Source of the DNA: an uncultured virus (IMG/VR IMGVR_UViG_3300029305_002833)
Lineage: Duplodnaviria > Heunggongvirae > Uroviricota > Caudoviricetes
Virus record (IMG/VR): IMGVR_UViG_3300029305_002833
Direction: 5' to 3' (one strand)
DNA length: 64,000 nucleotides
Position numbers and translations under genes: made by a program. Within the stretch, counting starts at the first letter, position 1, and each line of letters starts with the position of its first letter. Under the pieces are notes generated by a model that did not search any database, had not been told where the DNA came from, and saw only the letters and a list, made by a program, of their open reading frames with translations. Shown here in pieces: positions 1 through 10,327 of this stretch.

Positions 1-1
1 C

Positions 2-2197
2 CCTGCGGTAAATTGGGTACCATGCGGCTATTTCACGCCGGATGAGCAGCCCCGGCGGCTGACCACCATCACCATCGAGGCGCTGGACAGGATGACGAGG
101 TTTGACGTTGCGGTGGATGCGACGGCATTGACCTTTCCGACCACGATTGCGGGATTGGTGGGGCAGGTGTGCACGGCTTGCGGCGTGACGCTGGCACAAA
201 GCATATCAGCGTTGATTAATGCGGACGTCACCGTGGCCGAATTGCCATCCAACTATGGGCAAATCACCTATCGAAACATCATTCAATGGTGTGCGGGCAT
301 CATGGGAACCAACGCATGGTTCGATTGGAACGGTCAACTCCGGTTCTCGTGGTACGACAACGCCACGGGATACGTCAGCACGATGGACAATCGCTACAGC
401 AGCGATTTGTATGAGGATGACCTTACGATTACCGGCGTTGAATATACGAATGATAGCGGCATTGCCATCGTTGAGGGGACGGACGATTATGCCATTGACC
501 TGACCGGTAACACCATTGCGGGGCCGTTGATCGCAACGGTGCTGCCGCCTTTGAATACGATGCTGAACGGGTTTACCTACAGGCCGTTTACAGCGGCGGT
601 GGTCAACGCGCCGTATCTGTGGCCGATGGATATTGTGACGTTCACGGACAAGGGCGGAAACAACCATACCGGCGCGTTGACCAATGTGGCCTTTGGATTG
701 AACGGTACAACGGCGCTTGAATCCAAGGGCATGACTTATGCCATCAACAAGGCGGCGCAACCGAAGGGTTTTACGCGTGAACAGGCGCAGCTTATCAGCC
801 AGGTTGCGCAGAATATAGAGACGAATATTGACGAAAGTCTTACCCAGCAAGAGATATTCAACCGCCTGACGGACAACGGCGCGGCCCAGGGGCTGGTGCT
901 GTACAACGGGCAGCTGTACATCAATGCCAGCTATATCAACGCGGGATTTCTGAATGTCGGTCGTATTAATTTTAACGAGCCGGACCGCTATTACGACGTC
1001 CCGGACGAGAACGACCCGGATTCACTGCTGAGCGGGCAGACGGTGGCGGACGGCTGGATCGTCAACACCTCCGGAAGCGGGAACATAACGGTCTTTTCCT
1101 GCGGGTTCGCCATTCCCTTGCGGGGAAAGACGATCACCGTGACCTTTGCCTTCAATGGCAATTTGAACGGTGGGGAAAATACCTGGACATCTATTAGCGA
1201 CAATGCCCTTGAAATGTTGGATATTCAGGATTGGCTTGTTCCGTCCTCCGGTACCCCATCAAACCCATACACTTATTCTGTGACCGTGCCGAGTGACGCA
1301 ATGTCTTTCCACATTGCAATGGAGTGTGCCGGGGTAAAACAGATTGCGGTGTCTCTCAGCAGCCCGGTAACGCCGTCAGAGAGCATTGTGTACAACTATG
1401 AAGGACAGAAGATCGGAGAAGCCAACAAATTCCTGGTTTACCGGGATGGCACCTTGATTACAAGCGCAAAGAGCATTTTCAACGGTACGACGCGCATTTC
1501 CAGGTTATATCTGAACATTCCGCTGGATGTGGCCTCTGGCGGCACCGGGGCGACCAATGCCGCCGGCGCCCGGGCCAATCTTGAAATCACCCCGGCGAAC
1601 ATCGGGGCCAAGCCCACCCAGACCGCCGTCGCCGACCCCACCGCCAGCGGGACGGCGGTGGCCTTCATCGACAGCATCACCCAGGACGCCAATGGCGTCA
1701 TCACGCCGACAAAAAAGACCGTGCGCAGCGCCTCGCAGAGCGAAATCGGCCTGATGAGCGCCACCGATAAGGCCAAACTGGACGGCATCGCGGCAGGGGC
1801 GCAGGTCAACAGCCTCACCGGCGTCAAGGGCAACGCGGAGACCGATTACCGCACAGGCAATGTCAACCTCACCTCGGCGAATGTCGGGGCGTCCATCTCG
1901 CTCACATCGACCGATACAACTGCCGCGCTCTTATATAACAAACTGAAAGACCTTGAATTGAATTATCCGGCGAGTATTCGTGTCGTCAACGAGCCCATGC
2001 AAAGTCTGACAGGGAAAAGTATCTCGGGCGGCTACGGGACTGTGGTTAAGACAGGCGTCGAGAGCGGCACCCTGGTTCTATCCTTTGATATCTGTTACGT
2101 GGCGGGCAATTATAGACACGCCTTCACCACCCGCGTTTCACAAAACACAATCACACCGGGTGCGGTGTACCGCTATACCGGCACGGCGGTGAGCTGA
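2..2197 (+). CDS. Phage tail/baseplate-fibre protein, 5'-truncated by the window edge
   Basis: Frame is open from base 2. Contains LYINASYI-type and GGTGATNAAGARANL / GLMSATDKAKLDGI segments typical of tail fibres. Confidence 0.75.
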   Translation, partial: PAVNWVPCGYFTPDEQPRRLTTITIEALDRMTRFDVAVDATALTFPTTIAGLVGQVCTACGVTLAQSISALINADVTVAELPSNYGQITYRNIIQWCAGIMGTNAWFDWNGQLRFSWYDNATGYVSTMDNRYSSDLYEDDLTITGVEYTNDSGIAIVEGTDDYAIDLTGNTIAGPLIATVLPPLNTMLNGFTYRPFTAAVVNAPYLWPMDIVTFTDKGGNNHTGALTNVAFGLNGTTALESKGMTYAINKAAQPKGFTREQAQLISQVAQNIETNIDESLTQQEIFNRLTDNGAAQGLVLYNGQLYINASYINAGFLNVGRINFNEPDRYYDVPDENDPDSLLSGQTVADGWIVNTSGSGNITVFSCGFAIPLRGKTITVTFAFNGNLNGGENTWTSISDNALEMLDIQDWLVPSSGTPSNPYTYSVTVPSDAMSFHIAMECAGVKQIAVSLSSPVTPSESIVYNYEGQKIGEANKFLVYRDGTLITSAKSIFNGTTRISRLYLNIPLDVASGGTGATNAAGARANLEITPANIGAKPTQTAVADPTASGTAVAFIDSITQDANGVITPTKKTVRSASQSEIGLMSATDKAKLDGIAAGAQVNSLTGVKGNAETDYRTGNVNLTSANVGASISLTSTDTTAALLYNKLKDLELNYPASIRVVNEPMQSLTGKSISGGYGTVVKTGVESGTLVLSFDICYVAGNYRHAFTTRVSQNTITPGAVYRYTGTAVS

Positions 2198-2254
2198 CGC
2201 GGCGGCACCCATCCAGCGGCACGCAACATACCATGATAAGAAGGAGTGATTTAA

Positions 2255-4558
2255 ATGTCAGTGAAGGATAGCTCTTACGACAGATTTAAATACATACTCT
2301 ATACTCCTAACGCGCCCAATACGTCGAACCTCCCGCTGATCGTAGTGCTCCACGGAAGCGGTGAGATCGGTAGCAGCCTGTCAAAACTGAAAAAGCGGGA
2401 GCCGTACATCTCGCTGTCCAAGGGCAAGTGTACGCCGAATTCGTACATTTTAATGCCGCAACTGCCCAAAGGCACATGGGGCGACTACAAGGCGGCGCTG
2501 AAGAAGCTGATTGACCATGTGGCCGAGGAGAACGGCTGCGACAAGGGCAACATTTCCATCAGCGGGCACAGCCTCGGGGCCAACGGCACGCTGGACATGC
2601 TGCTGGCCTACCCGGATTATTTCAGCGCCGCTTCGGTGCTGTCGCCGTGCAAGGACATCGGGGACAAACTGAAAACATTCGTTCATGTGCCCGTGTGGTT
2701 TCTTGCCGGTGAAAAAGAGCATAACTATAAAAAGTATGCTCAGAGTATGTACAACAGGCTCAAAGGGCTGGGCGGCGAGACGAAGCTGACGCTGGTGCCG
2801 GGTGTCGGGCACCCGATTCAGTTTACGTGGACATCTGACAAGTATCAGATGTTCAGCTGGCTGGCAAGTTACCGGCTCGACCGATTCATCGCAGATGTCA
2901 GCAAGCATCAGGGTCATATCGACTGGAACCGGCTTGCTCCACATCTGGCGTTCTGCATCATCAAAGCAAGCGGGCTGTATGGGAATGGTTCTGACCCGTA
3001 TTATGAGCGCAACGTCACAGAGGCTGTGGCACATGGCGTTCCATTCCACTGTTACCATTTCTTGTACTGCGTCACTGAGGTACAGGCTAAGCGGGACGCG
3101 AAGTTGTTCTTTGATACCGTCAAGGCGGGGGGCAAATGGCCCGTATTCTGGGTGCTTGACTGCGAATCGCAATGGGGCATCAAAGACAATCAGGCCGCAC
3201 CGATTGCCCGGGTATTTGAGGATGAACTCAGACGGCTGGCGAAGGAGCAAGGCTCTGGTGACATCCGAGTAGCCCTGTACGTCGCACAAGAGAAGTACAA
3301 TGACTGGGCGTTTGATTATGGTCACTATGACTATATTTGGATTCCCGGCTACGGAGAGAAATACAAACCGCCAATGCCGTGCGATATGTGGCAGTACACG
3401 TCCAAGGGGACGCTGCCGGGTATCAATGATAACGTCGACTTGAATAAGCTCATGGGCACGAAGCCGCTGAGCTTCTTCACAGGTGCGGATGAGGCAGGAG
3501 AACAGGGCGGAGACAGCACGACCGACGACACTGATGGAGGTGAAACACCTATGTTTACCGGCAAGCAGCTTGCGGAATACTGCGAAAAGATGTATGCCAA
3601 CAAGGCCCACTGGGCCTATTGGTATGGCACCTACGGGAACAAATGTACATTGAAAAAGTACGAGAGCAAGAGCAAGCAATACTCCTATCCCAAGTACGAC
3701 CATTATAAGCCCTCCCGCAAACCCGGCTACATGAAGGACATTGAGCAGGGGCGGCGCTGCGCGGACTGTGTGGGTATGATCAAGTCCTTCTTCTGGACCG
3801 GCGGCAAATATGACACCGACCCGAAGTATGGCACCAACCACTGCCCCGATAAGAATGCAAACGGGATGCTGGCGATCTGCAAAAAGACCGGCGACATCTC
3901 CACGATTCCCGACATTCCCGGCCTGGTTGTGTGGAAATCCGGCCACATCGGCGTTTATATCGGTGGTGGCTATACCATCGAGATGCGTGGATTTGACTAC
4001 GATTGCGTCAAGCGCAAGGTCACGGATGGCCCGTGGACGAAGTGGGGGATGCTGCCGGACACCATGATCACCTACGACGACCAGCCCACGCCCAAGCCGG
4101 AGCCGGGACCCATCGGTGATCGAGATCTGAAAAACGGCGACGAAGGCGCTGACGTGAAGCAGCTCCAGGAAAACCTCATCTCTCTGGGCTTCGACTGTGG
4201 CCGCTGGGGCGCTGACGGAGAGTTCGGCGACTGTACCGAGATGGCCGTCGAAGCGTTCCAGCGGGCTTACAAGCTTCCCGAGACCGGCGTGTACGATGCC
4301 GTGACCCGCGCAAAGATGGAGGAAGTGCTGGACGACCACGACGAACCCGTGGAGGAGCCTCGTTGGGTGGAAATCTACGGCGGCGACTGCTACATCCGCA
4401 CCGCGCCCAACAAGACCAACAGCAAGAAGCTGGGCGTGGCCCACCGGGGCGACAAGTACCCGTATCAGGGGCAGACCAGCGACGACGGATGGAACCTGAT
4501 TGAGTACAAGGGCCAGAATGCGTGGGTCAGCGGGAAGTATTCGCGGCTGGTGGAATGA
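2255..4558 (+). CDS. Multidomain endolysin: alpha/beta-hydrolase + GH25 muramidase + CHAP/NlpC-like peptidase + PG-binding + SH3b
   Basis: Motifs LHGSG and GHSLG; DVSKHQG..WQYTSKG..VDLN; DCVG..HIGVYIG; DVKQLQ..DGEFG..AVEAFQ; C-terminal GWVSGKY-like SH3. RBS AAGGAG. Confidence 0.85.
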   Translation: MSVKDSSYDRFKYILYTPNAPNTSNLPLIVVLHGSGEIGSSLSKLKKREPYISLSKGKCTPNSYILMPQLPKGTWGDYKAALKKLIDHVAEENGCDKGNISISGHSLGANGTLDMLLAYPDYFSAASVLSPCKDIGDKLKTFVHVPVWFLAGEKEHNYKKYAQSMYNRLKGLGGETKLTLVPGVGHPIQFTWTSDKYQMFSWLASYRLDRFIADVSKHQGHIDWNRLAPHLAFCIIKASGLYGNGSDPYYERNVTEAVAHGVPFHCYHFLYCVTEVQAKRDAKLFFDTVKAGGKWPVFWVLDCESQWGIKDNQAAPIARVFEDELRRLAKEQGSGDIRVALYVAQEKYNDWAFDYGHYDYIWIPGYGEKYKPPMPCDMWQYTSKGTLPGINDNVDLNKLMGTKPLSFFTGADEAGEQGGDSTTDDTDGGETPMFTGKQLAEYCEKMYANKAHWAYWYGTYGNKCTLKKYESKSKQYSYPKYDHYKPSRKPGYMKDIEQGRRCADCVGMIKSFFWTGGKYDTDPKYGTNHCPDKNANGMLAICKKTGDISTIPDIPGLVVWKSGHIGVYIGGGYTIEMRGFDYDCVKRKVTDGPWTKWGMLPDTMITYDDQPTPKPEPGPIGDRDLKNGDEGADVKQLQENLISLGFDCGRWGADGEFGDCTEMAVEAFQRAYKLPETGVYDAVTRAKMEEVLDDHDEPVEEPRWVEIYGGDCYIRTAPNKTNSKKLGVAHRGDKYPYQGQTSDDGWNLIEYKGQNAWVSGKYSRLVE

Positions 4559-4601
4559 AGCAACGCGGCGGTGAACAATGCGGTAAAGGCGGTGATTCGC
4601 G

Positions 4602-5438
4602 GTGATAACCGTGGTAGCTAATCCGAATGGGACGACTGTGATTGGCCGAATCGGGGAAAACGAATACCGGCAGATACAGTTTCCAATCGGGGATTATCTG
4701 GCAGAATATCCGAACGCGACCTTTGCGCTGTTAAACCTGAGACCAGGAGACAGCACAGCTTATCCGGTATCAAGCGTAGAGGTTTCAGCGCAAAATTTGA
4801 ATTGGACGGTCATCCAATCAGACGTGTCAGCCCAGGGGCTTGGGAAATGCGAGCTGGAGGTTATAGACGGCGGCACAATCGCCAAGTCCATAATCTACCT
4901 GACAAGGGTATTGCCTGCGTTGGGGAGCGGCGGCGATGCTCCGGAGCCGTGGATCAGTTGGCAGGCTCAGTTTCAGGAAATGAAAGACACTACTGAGGCA
5001 GCGGCGGCAGAAGCATTGGAGGCTTTGGAGCAAGCAATAAATGCGGCGAAAGCCGCGTCAGATAGCGCCCAGCAGGCCAGTACCGACGCCTCCACCGCGC
5101 AGGAGGCGTCTGATACGGCGGTATCGGCCGCAGACGCAGCAAACTCGGCGGCTGACGCGGCGACGAACGCAGCCACAAGCGCCCAATCGTCCGCGCAAGC
5201 GGCGGCCAACGCTCGATCTGCGGCGGAGGCGGCGAAATCTGCGGCCCAGGCGGCAAATCAAGCGGCGCAAGCTGCGATGGCGGCGGCGGAGGCGGCCATG
5301 CAGGCCGCCCAGGCATCGGCGGAGCAGGCCGCACAGTATGCCTACAGGGTTTATGTAGATGGCACGGCATTGGTGTTCGAGAAGGTCGGCGGGCGCAACG
5401 ACGAACAAAACGACAAACCAAACGCGGAGGTGATTTGA
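4602..5438 (+). CDS. BppU-like baseplate/tail protein with Ala-rich coiled segment
   Basis: IGRIGEN N-terminus, long Ala/Ser/Gln-rich tract, tail-module context. Confidence 0.6.
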   Translation: MITVVANPNGTTVIGRIGENEYRQIQFPIGDYLAEYPNATFALLNLRPGDSTAYPVSSVEVSAQNLNWTVIQSDVSAQGLGKCELEVIDGGTIAKSIIYLTRVLPALGSGGDAPEPWISWQAQFQEMKDTTEAAAAEALEALEQAINAAKAASDSAQQASTDASTAQEASDTAVSAADAANSAADAATNAATSAQSSAQAAANARSAAEAAKSAAQAANQAAQAAMAAAEAAMQAAQASAEQAAQYAYRVYVDGTALVFEKVGGRNDEQNDKPNAEVI

Positions 5439-5822
5439 ATGGCGGGTGTGACCAGCGTTGTTATTGATGGCGTGACTTATCCTGTGGACGATGTGAACGC
5501 CGTGGATTTCAGCGTAGAACAGGGATTGACTGACGGCCAACAGGAGCAGGCAAGGGAGAATATCGGGGCGGGGAGCGCTGCTTATGCACTGTTACTGTGC
5601 GAGGAAATCCCCAACACGGTCCAGACGATCACGTTCGACGAAGAAACCGGGGACGTAGCCTCGATCAGCCATATGAACGGCCAGACAGAGGTCCGATCGG
5701 ACGTATTCACTTTTGCGACCGGCAGCATCACCGAGGTGCGAACGCTGGATAGCGGAGAAAGCCTGACGATAACGACCAACACGACAACCCTTGAAACCAC
5801 CGTAACTTATTCGGCGACATAA
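5439..5822 (+). CDS. Tail-associated hypothetical protein
   Basis: QGLTDGQQEQARENIGA motif common in tail-fibre proteins; abuts upstream stop; RBS GGAGG. Confidence 0.6.
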   Translation: MAGVTSVVIDGVTYPVDDVNAVDFSVEQGLTDGQQEQARENIGAGSAAYALLLCEEIPNTVQTITFDEETGDVASISHMNGQTEVRSDVFTFATGSITEVRTLDSGESLTITTNTTTLETTVTYSAT

Positions 5823-5836
5823 TGGAGGCGATATAA

Positions 5837-7099
5837 ATGGGAGTTAGCATTTGGGAAGGCAATAAGGCGCAGGCGCTGATCAATGCGGGAAACCAGATCG
5901 TGGCCGGTATTGCGCGGCAGAACCTGCTGCTGTCGCAGATTGTTCCGGTGAGCGAGGCGACGCCTGCGGCAGAACTGGTGGAGATACACAGAATCGTACA
6001 GGCGGGCGAAGCCCCGAGCGTATTCAGCATCGGCGACCAGCTCATGCTGAACTACAACGACGGCGCTCAGTCGTATGTGCTGCCGTGGGATGTCGTGCAC
6101 TTCGGAAACGTGGAGCTGGAGGACGGCGAGACGGTACCGGGCATGTTCCTGCAAAGCCATTACGCCATGCAGGGCATACAGTTTGACGCCTCCGAGGCCA
6201 TCTATGTGGCGGACGCGGCGATGCCCGCTGGAACGTATTATTTCATCATCGGCACCAACTGGGGCACCAACTGTCGCGCAGGGGATACCTTTTCCTTCAC
6301 GACGTCGGTGGAAATCCCTGCCGGTGGGCAGGTTGTCATCGGCAAAAACAATGATTTCTATACCTGGGGCGCTCCGGATGTGGCGACGTCTAACTGGCGG
6401 GCCCATACGTTTGCCAGCGCCAGCAGCGTGACGCCGCTGGAAACAAATCTGGAATTGACCGCTGGCGCGACGGGAACGAATCTTGGCACGGTTGCCTCCA
6501 ATATCGTCTATGGCAGCAGCAACCCCAACAACCTTCAAAGGGCGGCGTATGGCTACAACCGTTGGAGTCAGTCCGCAATGCGACAGTGGCTCAATTCCGT
6601 CGCGGCGGCAGGCGCGTGGTGGACGGCGCAGAACGTGTTCGACCGCCCGCCGCAGCAGTTGGCGACGGTGCGCGGATTCATGGCTGGCTTTGACGAGGCG
6701 TTTTTGAATATCATCAAGCCTGTCAAGGTGACTACGGCGCTGAACACGGTGACGGACACAGCCATCGGAACCAGCGAGGACACCTACGACACGTTCTTCC
6801 CAGCGTCGCTTGAACAGGAATACATCGTTCCGCAACTGGCGGGCGTCGAGGGCGAGTATTGGGAATACTGGAAACAGCGCCTTGGGCTTGAATCTCCTCA
6901 GAATACCGGCAGCGCCTATGCCAATGCTTTCCACATCAGGTACGCGTACAACGCAAAGACAAGTCCTCAGACCGTGCGCCTGCGGTCGGCGAGTCGCGGC
7001 TTCGCGTACAACACGTGGTATGTGAGCACCACGGGCGCCGCCAGCGGCAGCACCGCGACGAACGCGCATAGGCCCGCCCCGGCTTGCGTCATCTGCTAA
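5837..7099 (+). CDS. DGR target protein (DUF6273/C-type-lectin-like C-terminus), probable receptor-binding protein
   Basis: 3' end carries the VR; motifs YGYNRWSQSAMRQWLN and VRLRS..RPAPACVI. Confidence 0.9.
   Translation: MGVSIWEGNKAQALINAGNQIVAGIARQNLLLSQIVPVSEATPAAELVEIHRIVQAGEAPSVFSIGDQLMLNYNDGAQSYVLPWDVVHFGNVELEDGETVPGMFLQSHYAMQGIQFDASEAIYVADAAMPAGTYYFIIGTNWGTNCRAGDTFSFTTSVEIPAGGQVVIGKNNDFYTWGAPDVATSNWRAHTFASASSVTPLETNLELTAGATGTNLGTVASNIVYGSSNPNNLQRAAYGYNRWSQSAMRQWLNSVAAAGAWWTAQNVFDRPPQQLATVRGFMAGFDEAFLNIIKPVKVTTALNTVTDTAIGTSEDTYDTFFPASLEQEYIVPQLAGVEGEYWEYWKQRLGLESPQNTGSAYANAFHIRYAYNAKTSPQTVRLRSASRGFAYNTWYVSTTGAASGSTATNAHRPAPACVIC
6966..7088 (+). repeat. DGR variable repeat (VR)
   Basis: 123-bp ungapped match to 7597-7719 with 16 mismatches, all at TR adenines. 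Confidence 0.97.
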
Positions 7100-7109
7100 T
7101 CTGCCATCT

Positions 7110-7127
7110 CCGCCCCGCAAGGGGCGG
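7110..7127 (+). promoter_or_regulatory. DGR GC-rich hairpin downstream of the VR (target-recognition element)
   Basis: CCGCCCC-GCAA-GGGGCGG, starting 11 nt after the target stop codon. Confidence 0.85.
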
Positions 7128-7151
7128 GGCTATGAAAGGATGTGATGTATT

Positions 7152-7568
7152 ATGTCTGTACCTGTTCCTCAGCGGGGCCATGGAGAGTTGGAGGTCAACA
7201 CCAAGGCGCGGGCTTTGACGGTATATACCCTGCAGATCACGGAAAACGAAAAGTGGTTTCCGCAAAAACAGCAGAAGTATATCGAAAAGCTACAGGACTG
7301 CGCAATTGAGATACAGGCCCTTTGCTGGGAAGCCAACGAGATCAAGGTGAACGGAAGCATGGAACGATACAAGAGGCGCATTGATCTACAGGACAGGGCT
7401 GCGGAAAAATGCAATCGCATGACAATGCTGATTGAAACGGCGCAGCCATTGTTCCACCTTAAGACAAAGCGAGCCGTCTATTGGATCGGCATGACCGTTA
7501 GCCTGAGGAACCTGATCAGGGGATGGCGAGATAAGGATGTCACCCGCTTAAAGCCTCAAGGCGTTTAA
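7152..7568 (+). CDS. avd: DGR accessory variability determinant (Avd-like four-helix bundle)
   Basis: 138-aa basic helical protein between VR and TR; FP..Q, AN..R..LQ..A, W..W pattern. Confidence 0.8.
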   Translation: MSVPVPQRGHGELEVNTKARALTVYTLQITENEKWFPQKQQKYIEKLQDCAIEIQALCWEANEIKVNGSMERYKRRIDLQDRAAEKCNRMTMLIETAQPLFHLKTKRAVYWIGMTVSLRNLIRGWRDKDVTRLKPQGV

Positions 7569-7596
7569 GCGGATCACATCAGGGGCGTAGGCTGTA

Positions 7597-7719
7597 CTCA
7601 GAACGTGCGCCTGCGGTCGGCGAATCGCGGCAACGCGAACAACACGTGGAATGTGAACACCACGGGCAACGCCAACAACAACAACGCGACGAACGCGAAT
7701 AGGCCCGCCCCGGATTGCG
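7597..7719 (+). ncRNA. DGR template repeat (TR)
   Basis: AAC-rich copy of the VR, lying between avd and RT. Confidence 0.95.
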
Positions 7720-7860
7720 AAATGTCGTGAAAAAACATCTTGCCATAGGTGAGACAGGAGCGACCATGACGCAAGGAGCCGAATCCCCGGCCTTGAAAGA
7801 TAGGCAAAACAATACGATTGCGATGCCCAAGACTTGTTAGCCTGCATGGGCTGTAAACGC

Positions 7861-8907
7861 ATGAGATTGATTATGAATATCAACGAAGAAAATGTGATTG
7901 GATTTGAAGCCCTATACGATTCGATGCTCAAAACAAAGAAAGGTGTACTTTGGAAGGATTCTGTTGCGGCTTACTATCATCGTGGTATAGAGCGTACCTC
8001 TCGGCTATCCCAACAGCTTCACGATGGAGAATATAAGGCAAGCCCGCCGAAGCACTTTTCGATTACAAGCCCAAAGCCTCGTGAAATTGCTTCGATTGCC
8101 TATCGTGATCGTGTATATCAGCGAAGTTTGAACGACAACGTTGTATATCCGATTATGACAAAAGGTTTTATATACGATAATTGGGCTTGCCAGACGGGAA
8201 AAGGAACCGACCCCGCGAGAGAACGCCTGAAGGAGTTTCTTCGAAAATACTATCGGAAACATGGTTTGTCGGGCTATGTCGCACAACTTGACATCAAGAG
8301 ATACTACCCCAATATGCGACATGATGTTGCGGAAGCAAATTTTCGAAAGCATTTGCCAGAATGGGCGTATGAGAGGGTTGAAAAAATCCTGCACGAACAG
8401 TATTCGGGTGATATTGGTTACAATCCAGGAAGCCAACTTGTCCAGATTGCCGGGATTTCGATATTGAATGACCTTGACCATTACATTAAGGAGCGGCTTC
8501 ACGTCAAGTATTACATTCGATACATGGATGATCTGATATTGATTCACCCATGCAAGGACGAACTTGAACGGTACAATGCATCTATCGAAAAAGAGATCAA
8601 TAAACTCGGCTTCGATGTCAACCAGTCCAAGACCAGGATACATAAGCTGGATGAGGGAATTTCGTTCCTTGGATTCACATATTACTTGACGAATACCGGA
8701 AAGGTGTACATGATTGCAGACGCATCAAAGATCAAGACCGGAAGGAAGAAATACAGACGATTGGTGTCCAAAGCCAAGCGGGGGCTTGTGTCAAAGGATA
8801 GCGTGGATATTTCATTTCACACATGGATGAAGCATTTAGACCATGGCAACTCGAAACACCTGATCGACCGACTGACTAAGTACTATAACGGACTATGGGA
8901 GGAATGA
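7861..8907 (+). CDS. DGR reverse transcriptase
   Basis: KPREI..RDRVYQ, LDIKRYYPN, GSQLVQ, YIRYMDD and FLGF motifs. Confidence 0.95.
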   Translation: MRLIMNINEENVIGFEALYDSMLKTKKGVLWKDSVAAYYHRGIERTSRLSQQLHDGEYKASPPKHFSITSPKPREIASIAYRDRVYQRSLNDNVVYPIMTKGFIYDNWACQTGKGTDPARERLKEFLRKYYRKHGLSGYVAQLDIKRYYPNMRHDVAEANFRKHLPEWAYERVEKILHEQYSGDIGYNPGSQLVQIAGISILNDLDHYIKERLHVKYYIRYMDDLILIHPCKDELERYNASIEKEINKLGFDVNQSKTRIHKLDEGISFLGFTYYLTNTGKVYMIADASKIKTGRKKYRRLVSKAKRGLVSKDSVDISFHTWMKHLDHGNSKHLIDRLTKYYNGLWEE

Positions 8908-8910
8908 AAC

Positions 8911-9381
8911 ATGGCTACGATTATCAGACGTGGTACGACACCGCAGGAACAGGCACTTCAAGACAATTCCATCGCACAGGCAGAGAGTGCAGCCAATACA
9001 ACTGCAATCGCGTTTGTCGTGCTTGCGGAAAGCGGCGCAATCGACGAAGTGACCGCGACAGAGCATACAGACGTCTTCGCGGAGTGGGAGCCGAACGTCA
9101 GATATGGTCTCGGAAACCTGCGAACCTATGAGAACGTGTTATACAAGTGCGTGCAGGCGCACACGTCCCAGGCTGACTGGACGCCTCCGGTAACTCCTGC
9201 CCTGTGGGCGAAAGCGGGAGACCCTGCCGAAGAGTGGCCTGAATGGTCGCAGCCCATAGGCGCGCATGACGCATACGCGGCCGGGGACAAGTGCTCGCAC
9301 AATGGCAAGCATTGGGTGAGCAATGTGGATGGAAATGTGTGGGAGCCGGGCACATATGGCTGGACGGAACAAAGCGATTAA
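8911..9381 (+). CDS. Carbohydrate-binding (CBM5/12-like) tail-associated protein
   Basis: LYKCVQAHTSQADWTP and AYAAGDKCSHNGKHW..NVWEPG motifs. Confidence 0.75.
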   Translation: MATIIRRGTTPQEQALQDNSIAQAESAANTTAIAFVVLAESGAIDEVTATEHTDVFAEWEPNVRYGLGNLRTYENVLYKCVQAHTSQADWTPPVTPALWAKAGDPAEEWPEWSQPIGAHDAYAAGDKCSHNGKHWVSNVDGNVWEPGTYGWTEQSD

Positions 9382-9419
9382 TTGGACCTTCATAATCAGT
9401 ATCGAAGCGAGGTATATGG

Positions 9420-9599
9420 ATGAAGCGGGCTATTGTCTTGGATTCCGGCGATCTGAAGGGAATACTGGCCGAATATTTTGGCGTCAAGCCGGAGGATGTC
9501 ATCAAGAGCCAATATAGTTATACCGTCGTGACGGAAGACGATGGCGCCTATAAAAACGGAACAGGGAGTGATACCGATGAACGAGGAGCAGCTTCATAA
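9420..9599 (+). CDS. Small hypothetical protein (59 aa, MKRAIVLDSGDLK...)
   Basis: GAGG RBS and an ORF filling the intergenic gap; below the ORF-track cut-off. Confidence 0.45.
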   Translation: MKRAIVLDSGDLKGILAEYFGVKPEDVIKSQYSYTVVTEDDGAYKNGTGSDTDERGAAS

Positions 9600-9873
9600 G
9601 ATTCTTGAGAACCAGGCGCGGATGGAGGAACAGATCAAAACGCTGTTCCAGCAGCAGGCGGACATCAAGGAACTGACGGAGACGGTGCATCGGCTTGCCA
9701 CGGCGCTGGAAAAGCAGGGCATGGCTCTGCAAACCACTGAGAAGAAGGTGGACAGCGTGAAGAACGACGTTGACGAGATCAAGAGCAAGCCGGCGAAGCG
9801 ATGGGACGCTGTCATTGCGGCGGTGATCTCCGGGATCGTGATGTTTCTGCTGGGGCACTTTGGAATGAAGTAA
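9577..9873 (+). CDS. XhlA-like coiled-coil protein with C-terminal TM helix (lysis-associated)
   Basis: Coiled coil followed by KPAKRWD and a hydrophobic tail. Confidence 0.6.
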   Translation: MNEEQLHKILENQARMEEQIKTLFQQQADIKELTETVHRLATALEKQGMALQTTEKKVDSVKNDVDEIKSKPAKRWDAVIAAVISGIVMFLLGHFGMK

Positions 9874-9886
9874 GGAGGTATGAAGG

Positions 9887-10327
9887 ATGAAGAGGTTTGC
9901 TTTTGCGATGATGGCCATTTTGGTCATGCTGGCGGTGTTTGCCGTGACAGCGTGCGCGGCGGAGGCCATCGAGGTCGCCGCGGACGTGGCCCAGGGTGTA
10001 GGCGCGATTGAGCAGGTGGCGGAGAGCGGCGGTGGCACAATCCCAACGGAGCCGTTCACATGGCAGGCGCTTGGGACGATTGCGGGATGCACGGCGTTCG
10101 CGCTGCTGTTTGTGCAGCTCATCAAGGCGCCGCTGGACAAGGTATGGAAGATTCCGACAAGGCTGCTGGTGTATATTGTGTGCCTGGTGCTGATGCTGGC
10201 AAGCGCGGTGTTCAGCGGGGACGGGCTGAGCTGGAACACAGCGCTGCTGGCTGTGGCGAACGCGGTGATTCCCACGCTGTTGGCGATAAAGACGTATGAG
10301 TTGACGTTTGGGAGGAAGGACAGATAA
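9887..10327 (+). CDS. Putative holin
   Basis: Several TM segments, FTW..LGT..G and KIPTR motifs; last late gene before the terminator. Confidence 0.6.
   Translation: MKRFAFAMMAILVMLAVFAVTACAAEAIEVAADVAQGVGAIEQVAESGGGTIPTEPFTWQALGTIAGCTAFALLFVQLIKAPLDKVWKIPTRLLVYIVCLVLMLASAVFSGDGLSWNTALLAVANAVIPTLLAIKTYELTFGRKDR

Noticed and set aside
5000..5340. DNA repeat element in the Ala-rich region
   Set aside because: Explained by a low-complexity alanine coiled coil in a tail protein.
7861..8907. Group II intron or retron RT
   Set aside because: The adjacent TR/VR pair with A-only mismatches and the avd gene identify a DGR.
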